Shown piece by piece: positions 9,740 through 18,031 of a DNA stretch of 64,000 nt. The notes below the pieces were generated by a model. That model was not told the origin of the DNA, did not search any database, and worked only from the letters and a program-made list of their open reading frames with translations. This DNA comes from a virus (lineage: Duplodnaviria > Caudoviricetes): positions 2,209-66,208 of IMG/VR virus record IMGVR_UViG_3300007214_000055. One strand, given 5' to 3'. The position numbers and the translations under genes were made by a program. Numbering within the stretch: the stretch's first letter is position 1; every line of letters starts with the position of its first letter.

Positions 9740-12415
9740 ATGGCACTGACTCCTGCGACCCTACGCCTTGACCTCAAGTGTGGCCGCGGAGCCATTTCCG
9801 CAGGTGAAAAGTGTCACGTAGGCCCTGCTACCAAAGTGCAGGAGAAACCCGCTGCGGCGAAAACAGAGCGCAGGGGATTAACAGGTCAGGAAAAAGCACA
9901 AGTTGCCGGGCTAGCTGCGTATGCGGCGTTAGGTGCAGTTACGCTATATCAGATGAAGAATATACGTAAAGCCTATAGTGAGAAATTTGATCCTGCACAA
10001 CGCTATAAACCATTCGAAGATACATTGGGGGATCCCAGTGACGTGCTTAATAATATCGCTAGTGCGGCTAAGCAAGCTGCACCCTCTCTATTCGGCGATG
10101 TGAGCTTCGGTAAGTACAAAGATAAAGATGTTGTCGTTAAAAGCTTCGGTAAAAAAGGAGCTATGGGGGCAATGCAAATTGGGCTTATGCAGCAACAAGG
10201 CATCCTGTCAAAGAACACAGCCGACGCGCTCGTACGAGGGCAAAATGCCCTCCAGATGAACGAAGTACAGGGTGCTTTCCTCGCCGGCCAACATGGCATC
10301 GGCCCCAAGGTTGTCGCAGCCGGCAATGGCACACGTCGGACCCTGTTTGGCCCAGAGCGCTCAAACATACTTGTCACCGAAGTCGCCAAAGGCCGCCCCC
10401 TTTCCAGTCAGGACGCCCTTATACGCCAAGGCCCTAAACTACAGGCGCAACTGCAGCAGAACCCAGGAGCTGCAATTAAAAAGATTGCTGCGCTCCGATG
10501 GCGCGGCTTTACCAAAGGCACCGAAATAAGTTCAGTGAACAAAGACCGCATCATTCGCAACATGGCAAAGATGCACACCTTGGGTATGTCTCATAACGAC
10601 TTGCACCCAGGGAACATTTTCATCAGTAAGGAAGGCGCGCAGTTCATCGACTTTGGCACCTCCTCTCGCGGTGGAGCTTCCGTCGCCTCCGAGTTCGTCC
10701 GCCTGATGAACCCGCCTCGCACCGGTCTGCAGCAAGCCGGCGGCATGGGGTACAACTTGCGCAGTATGGATCCCCAGGGCTACAAGACTGCTGAAGCGCG
10801 CATCCGCCAAGTCATTGGGAAACGCGTAGGTAAACTCACTTCTGCTGATATTCAAAAAGCACTTTCTAAAACCAAAGACAAGAACACGCTCGAATCCAAT
10901 TTGCAGCGTATCGTCGATGATTTTTATCAGCAGTACGAAAAGCGCTCTCGCACCGACGCTCTGACCCCCGCCTCCATTCGCCTTGACCCCGCCGGCACCA
11001 AGGTGGCTGCCATGGAGAAGCGCCTGCGCTCCGAGGGCGAGCAGAAAGGCCTCACTGGCGATCGCCTCGAGGCCTACATCTACGGCACCCTCAACAAGAT
11101 GGGTTACAAGCGGGGCAGCAAGACCACACGCAAGGGCGCAGCCAAGGCCAAGCGCACTGATGCTGCACGCAGCAAACCCTGCGGAGAGAGCCACATCCCG
11201 GCCAGCCACACCTGCCGCAAACGCGGCTCCTTTCCTTCACGCAAGGTCATCGCCGCAGGCCTCACCGCTGGCGCCATTGGCGCTGTGCTGCTCAACAAAG
11301 AAAGCCGCCGCGCCGTGCTCGGTGCGCCGCAAGCCGCCCGGCGCATGACACAGCGCGGCATCACCGAGCTCGTCCACCGCGCCACCGCCAAGCCTCCTTC
11401 GATGCGGCTTACGCCCAAGGCGCTTGAGCAGCTAAAGCCACCATCCAAAACGCTGCGACTGCACAGAGCTGCACAGCAGGCCAACAAGAGCGCAGAGCGT
11501 GCCATCGCTCGCGCTGCTCAAGCAGAAGTCGAACGCGGCCTAGCTGTAGGCAACGCCATGTACGCCGCGGGCAAAGCCACTCGAGCCTCCCTGCGCAGTG
11601 GCCTCCGTCGCCACAACCTCACCGTGGAAAAGCTTCGCCGCCGCTACGAGCCCGGGTACCGCAAACCGCGCACAGACAACTACATCCAGTACTACGCACC
11701 GGTACAAATACAGCCGCCTATACGCCAAGACGCAGAGCGCCGTGATGTCCAATTTGTGGACAAGGAATTACACGCCGCCGTCAAAGCCGAGGCAAAGCGT
11801 AAGTTCAAGATCTACCCGAGCGCGTACGCCAACGCCTGGATGGTACAGGAGTACAAAAAACGCGGCGGTACCTTCCGCAACGACGCGCTCGACAAGTGGT
11901 TTCAGGAAAAGTGGGTGCGCATGAGCAGCTCCGGCCGCATCCTCGGCCCCTGCGGCGACCGCACCGAGGGCGAAGGCAAGCCGAAATGCCTTCCCGCGGC
12001 CAACGCCATGGCGCTTTCCCCCACTGAACGTCGCCGCCTCGTCGCCCGCAAACGCCGCAACGATCCCCGCAAAGAGCGCACCGGCGCTCCCGTCATGGTG
12101 AGCTCCAAAACCGACGTCTGGGCCGCCGGCTTCGACACCGAGGACGGCAAGAAGTACTCCAAAAAGGTCCGCGACCCCGAGACCGGCCGCACCCGCACCG
12201 TCCGCTATGGCGCCAAGGGCTACACCATCGCCCCCGGCACGGACAAAGGCGACCGCTACTGCGCCCGCAGCTTCGGCGACATGAAGTCCCACGGCAAGGA
12301 CTGCGCCGGTGCTGACCGCAACACCCCCCTCTGCCTGTCTCGGGCCAAGTGGCGCTGCAGTGGCAAGGTATCGCGGCGCGACGAAGCCCTAACGCCGGGA
12401 AAGTCCTCGGCCTAG
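9740..12415 (+). CDS. Modular polyprotein with protein kinase domain and several small basic domains
   Basis: Kinase motifs VVVK (Lys at 10138-10140), HNDLHPGN (10592-10615) and DFG (10649-10657); two Cys-motif units; YPSAYANAW and KWFQEKW mini-domains. Confidence 0.82.
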   Translation: MALTPATLRLDLKCGRGAISAGEKCHVGPATKVQEKPAAAKTERRGLTGQEKAQVAGLAAYAALGAVTLYQMKNIRKAYSEKFDPAQRYKPFEDTLGDPSDVLNNIASAAKQAAPSLFGDVSFGKYKDKDVVVKSFGKKGAMGAMQIGLMQQQGILSKNTADALVRGQNALQMNEVQGAFLAGQHGIGPKVVAAGNGTRRTLFGPERSNILVTEVAKGRPLSSQDALIRQGPKLQAQLQQNPGAAIKKIAALRWRGFTKGTEISSVNKDRIIRNMAKMHTLGMSHNDLHPGNIFISKEGAQFIDFGTSSRGGASVASEFVRLMNPPRTGLQQAGGMGYNLRSMDPQGYKTAEARIRQVIGKRVGKLTSADIQKALSKTKDKNTLESNLQRIVDDFYQQYEKRSRTDALTPASIRLDPAGTKVAAMEKRLRSEGEQKGLTGDRLEAYIYGTLNKMGYKRGSKTTRKGAAKAKRTDAARSKPCGESHIPASHTCRKRGSFPSRKVIAAGLTAGAIGAVLLNKESRRAVLGAPQAARRMTQRGITELVHRATAKPPSMRLTPKALEQLKPPSKTLRLHRAAQQANKSAERAIARAAQAEVERGLAVGNAMYAAGKATRASLRSGLRRHNLTVEKLRRRYEPGYRKPRTDNYIQYYAPVQIQPPIRQDAERRDVQFVDKELHAAVKAEAKRKFKIYPSAYANAWMVQEYKKRGGTFRNDALDKWFQEKWVRMSSSGRILGPCGDRTEGEGKPKCLPAANAMALSPTERRRLVARKRRNDPRKERTGAPVMVSSKTDVWAAGFDTEDGKKYSKKVRDPETGRTRTVRYGAKGYTIAPGTDKGDRYCARSFGDMKSHGKDCAGADRNTPLCLSRAKWRCSGKVSRRDEALTPGKSSA
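12397..12403 (+). other. Putative -1 ribosomal frameshift slippery site G GGA AAG
   Basis: Lambda gpG/T-type heptamer in the correct phase, 4 codons before the TAG of the 9740 ORF; the -1 frame is open for ~368 codons. Confidence 0.65.
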
Positions 12416-13509
12416 CGCGAACCGACGCCCCCAAGGGCGGCAAGGGAAAGCCCTGTGGTAATTCGCACATAGCTAAAGCGTACAAGTGCAACAAAAAAGC
12501 AGGTGGTCTAACTGCTAAAAATCTCAAAACGGCTGCTAAAGTTGCAGTTGTTCTAGGCGCGCTAGCCGGAGGTACTGCCATCGCTAGAAAATGGAATGCG
12601 ACGGACGATAAAAAGTTAGCCGAAGCGCTTCAAGCTAACAAAACGTGGGACGTCTACGAGCAAAAGCGCCAAGAAGATGCCATCGACCCCGAGGTCGCAG
12701 AACTGCGTGCTCAGCGCGAACAACGGCGCGCTCGTTTTTGTGGGAGAACTGATTCGGAAAAGCCATTGGCCGGGCGCAATGACGCATATCAATCTTGCTC
12801 CCGGCAAATTGGTGAACAATCAGCTTACGGAACGCTGTTTGTACATCCAGATGGACAACGTGTATTCAAAGTCCCTACGGGGAGTCAATCATATTACATC
12901 ACAAAACAGCAAGCTATTGAAGCGTCACGTAACGAGTTCAAAGCTCTTGTAGAAGCTAAACAAGTAGGCGTAAACGTACCCAATCCTATAAGCATTAACC
13001 CCAGCACAGGCGTGCTACAAATGGAATACATACCCAATAGTGTAACGCTACGTGCGTTTAATAAAACTAACACATCCCCGCTTACAGCGCGCCAGATTAC
13101 AGATAATTTACTAGCACAAACACAAAAGCTACATAGATCTGGAATCGCACACAATGATCTACACTCTGGTAATGTCTTAGTTACACCAAATACTAAAGTT
13201 GCTATCATCGACTTCGGTTTAGCCACCACCCTACGCACCGAAGGTAGACGCGAAGTAATGGATAGCATTCATGCTGAACTAGGTACGGTAGTTAGGCGCG
13301 CCTCAGTTATTAACAAGTTTCAATCAAGCGAGATACATAAATGGATTATGACAAGAAACTCCCCCTCACTTAATAAACTACAGCAAGGAAACGTGTCAGA
13401 CGCGCAGTTAAAACTTATAATTGATAGGTTTTATATAGATCTGCATGATGCTCTACAGTTCAAAAGAAGAAACCCCACTACAATTTTACGGCTTAGCACT
13501 CCTGTTTAA
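12403..13509 (+). CDS. Second protein kinase module (probably expressed as a -1 frameshift extension)
   Basis: KPCGNSHIAKAYKC plus hydrophobic helix, then RVFK, NE, LQMEYI, HNDLHSGN (13150-13173) and IIDFG (DFG 13210-13218). No convincing independent start. Confidence 0.8.
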   Translation, partial: VLGLARTDAPKGGKGKPCGNSHIAKAYKCNKKAGGLTAKNLKTAAKVAVVLGALAGGTAIARKWNATDDKKLAEALQANKTWDVYEQKRQEDAIDPEVAELRAQREQRRARFCGRTDSEKPLAGRNDAYQSCSRQIGEQSAYGTLFVHPDGQRVFKVPTGSQSYYITKQQAIEASRNEFKALVEAKQVGVNVPNPISINPSTGVLQMEYIPNSVTLRAFNKTNTSPLTARQITDNLLAQTQKLHRSGIAHNDLHSGNVLVTPNTKVAIIDFGLATTLRTEGRREVMDSIHAELGTVVRRASVINKFQSSEIHKWIMTRNSPSLNKLQQGNVSDAQLKLIIDRFYIDLHDALQFKRRNPTTILRLSTPV

Positions 13510-13596
13510 GCACTAACCCTTAAGCTTTCAGCCACCGCTACGTTCGTAAACTTTTAGCAGCCCACTGTAGTCTTACTACAGCAGCGCTAGTTACCC

Positions 13597-14862
13597 GTGG
13601 GCCAACGCATTGTCGACAACGACCGCTACGAACTCGAGTACGTCCGCGGCGATGTCGAATATCCAGTACCCGTCCTCGCCAATACCGGCACAAGCGGTGA
13701 CGCCTTCGGCCGCCTCCGTACGAGCTCCCCTTTCACAGTCTTCGATAGCCAGCATCGCTACCAAGAAAACGACAAATGGGACACAGCACTAAATGGCGGT
13801 GGCACTAAAACCTATGTTGCAAACGAAAGTGCCATCAATCTCACGGTCCCCACTACCTCAGGCGCTTACGTCTATCGCGAAACCAAGCGCGTTTTCCCGT
13901 ACCAGCCAGGCAAGTCGCTGCTTGTGATGACATCGTTTGCCTTTGCTGCTGCGCAGGCCAACCTGCGCCAACGCATTGGCTACTTCAGCACGCAGAATGG
14001 TATCTATCTCGAGAACGACGGCACCGCCATCTATCTCGTCCGCCGCAGCTACGTCACCGGAAGCGTAGTCAATACCCGCATCGCCCAGGCCGACTGGAAC
14101 GGCGACAAGCTCGACGGCACCGGTCTCTCGAAGCGCACCCTTGACCTCTCCAAAACCCAGATCTTCTGGCTCGACATCGAGTGGCTGGGCGTCGGCGACG
14201 TCCGCTGCGGCTTCGTTGTTGACGGCCGCATGGTCATCGCCCACACCTTCCACGGTGACAACGTCAACACCACCAGCTACATGACCACCGCGGTGCTTCC
14301 ACTCCGCCAAGAAATCGAAAACACCAACACCATCGCCGCATCTGCCACCGCCAAGCAGATTTGCGCCACCGTCGCTTCCGAGGGCGGATACGAAGGCTTC
14401 AGCCGCCGTTACAACCTTTCAACTGGAGCTACTGCCATAACACTTACAACTGCAGGTACCAGCTACCCCATTATGGCTATACGACTTAATAGCACGCGTT
14501 TGGATAGTGTTATCGTGCCCTCAAACGTTAGTGCCGCCGTAGAGCAAACGACTAACAACAAACTAGACATCGTACAGTACCAAATACTATTAAATCCAAC
14601 GATTAGCGGTGGTACCTGGGCGACGCATGCTAACAACAACGTACAGTACAATACTACTATCAGTAGTTTCACTGGTGGCACCGAAATTGCAGGTGGCTAC
14701 CTTACGAGCTCGTCCTCCCTTGATCTCGGGAGCATCACCGATTTTAACTTTCAGCTTGGTCGTACCATTGCCGGTACCAGTGATGTTCTACTCATAGCAG
14801 CTATCCCAACAAACGATGCTGCCAAACTCTTCCTCGACTTGGCGTGGTTTGAGATCGTCTAA
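13597..14862 (+). CDS. Virion structural protein (cyanophage type)
   Basis: DAFGRLRTSSPFTVFDSQHRY and beta-rich lectin-like composition, recalled from cyanophage structural proteins. Confidence 0.6.
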   Translation: MGQRIVDNDRYELEYVRGDVEYPVPVLANTGTSGDAFGRLRTSSPFTVFDSQHRYQENDKWDTALNGGGTKTYVANESAINLTVPTTSGAYVYRETKRVFPYQPGKSLLVMTSFAFAAAQANLRQRIGYFSTQNGIYLENDGTAIYLVRRSYVTGSVVNTRIAQADWNGDKLDGTGLSKRTLDLSKTQIFWLDIEWLGVGDVRCGFVVDGRMVIAHTFHGDNVNTTSYMTTAVLPLRQEIENTNTIAASATAKQICATVASEGGYEGFSRRYNLSTGATAITLTTAGTSYPIMAIRLNSTRLDSVIVPSNVSAAVEQTTNNKLDIVQYQILLNPTISGGTWATHANNNVQYNTTISSFTGGTEIAGGYLTSSSSLDLGSITDFNFQLGRTIAGTSDVLLIAAIPTNDAAKLFLDLAWFEIV

Positions 14863-15078
14863 TCAAATATCTTTTACAAGCTCTTGCAGTCTTATGTCAT
14901 AGACTTCACTCAACGCTATTAGCTTCATAACGGAAACTTCTATTTCACCTTTTTCAAGCCTAGAATAAGCAGCTTGACTAACACCAAGTCTTTCTGCAAT
15001 TTCTAGTTGCGTGAGTTTATGGTACTCACGTAACGCCCTAATTCGCCTACATAAAGTCAGCTGTCGGTGAATCGCCAT
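14863..15078 (-). CDS. XRE-family helix-turn-helix regulator
   Basis: RIRALREYHKLTQLEIAERLGVSQAAYSRLEKGE; start ATG at 15078. Confidence 0.88.
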   Translation of the reverse strand: MAIHRQLTLCRRIRALREYHKLTQLEIAERLGVSQAAYSRLEKGEIEVSVMKLIALSEVYDIRLQELVKDI

Positions 15079-15140
15079 GCTCCATAACCGCTTTGTGCAT
15101 AACGCTAACCAAGCGCACAAGAACCGGTAAGCTATTAAGC

Positions 15141-16412
15141 ATGGAAACATCAGTGTCCAGGTACGACTTCGCTCCCATAACCGGAAGCGAGACCACCCCC
15201 GAGGGCTACCTCCGGGTCTGGTGTCGTGCTGCCCGCTCAGGTACGCAGCTATACCGCCGCGCTGATGGCTCCCAAGTCCGCGAATACAGGCCTCCCGAAG
15301 AGGTCGGTAGCCCGGACTCCCTCGCCACGTTCGGCATGAAGCCTGCAACGTGGGGTCACCCTCCGGTTCTTCTCGATTCCGCCAACACCAAGCAGTTCCA
15401 GGTCGGCTACTCCGGTAGCCAGGTCCGGTACAACGACGGTTTTGTCGAAGTCGCGCTCGTCGTCACCGACGCCGATGCCATCGAGAAGATCAAGCGCAAA
15501 GATGCCACCGAGGTATCCGCCGGCTACAAAGTCGATTTCGACCCCACCCCCGGGATCACCCCCGAGGGCGAAGAGTACGCCGGTGTCCAGCGCAACATCC
15601 GGGTCAACCACATCGCCATTGTCCCCCGCGGCCGGGCTGGCCCGGAGGTACGACTCTTGCTCGATCGCATGGATGCAGCCGATGCTGTAGCCGCCTTCCC
15701 CGAGCACGAAATGGCGCCCCAGTCCAGTTCAACTGCATCTCCCGTTATGGCAACCGTCAAACTCGACGGCCTGGAGATCGATCTGCCCGCAGAAGCAGCC
15801 AGCGCGGTCCAGTCCTACTCCCGGGACATGGGGCGCCAACTGCAAGCACTCGCCACCGAGCGCGATGAGCTTGCCACCAAGCTCGACTCTCTGCAGGCCG
15901 ACTTCGACTCCCTGGCCTACGACAAAGAGGCCGCTGAAGGTCGTGCCGACGCCCTCGAGGAGCAGCTCGCTGCTTCCAGCGGCGCGCGCATCGATACCGC
16001 CGAGCTCGACCAGCTCGTCGCCAAGCGCCTCGCCACCCTGCAGCGCCTGGCGCCTGCATTCACCGAGGACTTCAAATTCGACGGCATCGACGACACCTCG
16101 CTGTACGTCCAAGCTTTCGAGAATCTCACCGGATCCGCACCCAGCGAAGACGTTGAGCCCGCCTACATCCAAGGCGTGGTTGAAGGTATCCTCGCTGCTC
16201 GCGCAGACACCGAAGAGGACGACGCAGATTCTGAGGACGACTCCGCCCCTGGCGAGGAGCCCACAGAGGACGCCGAGCCTGATCGTGCCGACAGCACCGA
16301 CACCCTGCGTGACGCGCTGAAAGGTGCCGGCCGCTCCACCGACAACCCGATCACTGCTTATCGCAGCCGCACGGTTGACGCTTGGAAACGTCCCCTCACC
16401 GCTACCAAGTAA
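15141..16412 (+). CDS. DUF2213 prohead protease / scaffold
   Basis: TPEGYL...ARSGTQLY...TWGHPP...EVSAGY...QRNIRVNHIAIVPRGRAG, followed by a coiled-coil and acidic scaffold tail. Confidence 0.85.
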   Translation: METSVSRYDFAPITGSETTPEGYLRVWCRAARSGTQLYRRADGSQVREYRPPEEVGSPDSLATFGMKPATWGHPPVLLDSANTKQFQVGYSGSQVRYNDGFVEVALVVTDADAIEKIKRKDATEVSAGYKVDFDPTPGITPEGEEYAGVQRNIRVNHIAIVPRGRAGPEVRLLLDRMDAADAVAAFPEHEMAPQSSSTASPVMATVKLDGLEIDLPAEAASAVQSYSRDMGRQLQALATERDELATKLDSLQADFDSLAYDKEAAEGRADALEEQLAASSGARIDTAELDQLVAKRLATLQRLAPAFTEDFKFDGIDDTSLYVQAFENLTGSAPSEDVEPAYIQGVVEGILAARADTEEDDADSEDDSAPGEEPTEDAEPDRADSTDTLRDALKGAGRSTDNPITAYRSRTVDAWKRPLTATK

Positions 16413-16424
16413 GGAGTACCTCCA

Positions 16425-17045
16425 ATGGCCGTTTCTTTCACCCCCACCGTTGTCAGCAACCCGACTGGCGCCCAAGGCAGCTACCCCCTGGAGCTGACCG
16501 TTGGCCATGAAGGCATGATCGCTGACCTGCAGGCCTACGTGTCCCGCAGCTACTACAACCAGTCCGGCGTCGCTATTCCCTTCGGCTCCCTGGTTGCCAC
16601 CGACAACGACCCCGCCTCCAACGATCCCTTCGCCGTCCTGCTGGCCCCCAGCGGTACTGGTGTGGTGGGTCTGGCAGTCGACAGTCTGACCTTCGAGGGC
16701 GTTGGCGGCAGCTCCGCCTACACCCCCAACCCCACCAACGTCATCGGCGATGGCTCCCTTCGTGTGGGCTATCCCAACGGACAGACCATGAACGTCGTCT
16801 CCAAAGGCGTCGTCTGGGTCTACAGCACCGCTGCCATCGCCCTCGGTGATGCAGTGCGTTTCTTTGGTGTGGACCACTCAGCCACCGTCACCGGTGCCTA
16901 TGTCGGTCGCTTCACCAAAACCGCCGTGGCCAACAAAACCTTCGCCATGACTGGCGGGGCTCGCTGGCTATCTGAAACCAGTGGCGCCGGCCTGGTTCTC
17001 CTCGAGATCGACATCCCGGGGATCACCTTCACCGCCGACACCTGA
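16425..17045 (+). CDS. Capsid cement/decoration protein
   Basis: Between scaffold and MCP; AIPFGSLV...MNVVSKGVVWV pattern. Confidence 0.7.
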   Translation: MAVSFTPTVVSNPTGAQGSYPLELTVGHEGMIADLQAYVSRSYYNQSGVAIPFGSLVATDNDPASNDPFAVLLAPSGTGVVGLAVDSLTFEGVGGSSAYTPNPTNVIGDGSLRVGYPNGQTMNVVSKGVVWVYSTAAIALGDAVRFFGVDHSATVTGAYVGRFTKTAVANKTFAMTGGARWLSETSGAGLVLLEIDIPGITFTADT

Positions 17046-17061
17046 TCCCGGAGCCCCTCCC

Positions 17062-17979
17062 ATGACCACCGAAATCCGTAACGACTCGGTCGGCCTCTTT
17101 CTCGCTCGCGAGCTGGAAACCATCCTCGCCCGCGCATTTGAAGTCGAGTACGCCGACATCAAGTACAGCGCCGTTATCCCCGTATCTTCCGAGGTCGGTA
17201 ACGGTATGGATTCCTTCACCTATCGCGTCTTCGACAAGCAAGGCTCGATGAAGGTAATCGGCGACAAAGCCCAGGACCTGCCTCGTGCTGACGTGCTCCG
17301 CAAGGAAGTCACTCACCCGGTTCGCAGCCTTGGTGCATCTTTCGCCTACACCGTTCAAGAAACTCGGGCTGCCGCCATGGTGCCCGGCATGAACCTGGAG
17401 CAGCGCCGTGCCAACGCTGTGCGCCGCGCCTACGAAGAGAAAGTGCAGGAGATCGCCTACTTCGGCGATGCCCCCTCCGGCATGAAGGGCTTCTTCAACA
17501 ACAACCAGGTGGACAAGCTTGTACCGGACCACTGGTTCGATACTGCGGACATCACCACCGACGAGATGCTGCAACTGCTCAACGAACCCGCCACGCGGAT
17601 CGTGCAGAACAGCAACATGAAGGAGATGCCCAACACGATGCTGGTGCCCTACAACGTGTACCGCATCATCTCCACCACCCCGCGCAGCACCACCTCCGAC
17701 ACCACGGTGATGGAGTTCTTCCTGCGCACCAATCCGATGATCACCGCGATCGAGCCCATCAACGAGCTCGAGGCCTCCAAGTCCGGCGGCGTCCTTTCCA
17801 AGGACCGCGTGATCTGCTACGACCGCAGCCCTGACAAGCTGCAACTGCACGTACCGCAGCCTCTCGAGTTCTTCCCGCCTGTGCGCACCGAGCTCGAGTT
17901 TTCCGTTGCGGCACACGCCCGCATCGGCGGCCTCGCGCTCTACTACCCCAAGAGCGCCATCGTGCTCGAAAAGGCCTGA
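17062..17979 (+). CDS. Major capsid protein (DUF2184 / encapsulin-like HK97 fold)
   Basis: FLARELETI...YSAVIPV...YTVQETRAA...IAYFGD...GFFNN...RIGGLALYYP; start ATG at 17062. Confidence 0.88.
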   Translation: MTTEIRNDSVGLFLARELETILARAFEVEYADIKYSAVIPVSSEVGNGMDSFTYRVFDKQGSMKVIGDKAQDLPRADVLRKEVTHPVRSLGASFAYTVQETRAAAMVPGMNLEQRRANAVRRAYEEKVQEIAYFGDAPSGMKGFFNNNQVDKLVPDHWFDTADITTDEMLQLLNEPATRIVQNSNMKEMPNTMLVPYNVYRIISTTPRSTTSDTTVMEFFLRTNPMITAIEPINELEASKSGGVLSKDRVICYDRSPDKLQLHVPQPLEFFPPVRTELEFSVAAHARIGGLALYYPKSAIVLEKA

Positions 17980-18031
17980 TTCAGGCTTGCGGCTTCGCGT
18001 TTGCTTTGTTGGCTCTTTCATTTCTCTGATC

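Noticed and set aside
3629-9742. Stop-codon readthrough at in-frame junctions TGA-TCA-GTG (3629) and TGA-CCC-ATG (8703, 9734)
   Set aside because: Each downstream gene has its own start and leader, two of the cases are copies of one duplicated junction, and there is no independent evidence of readthrough.
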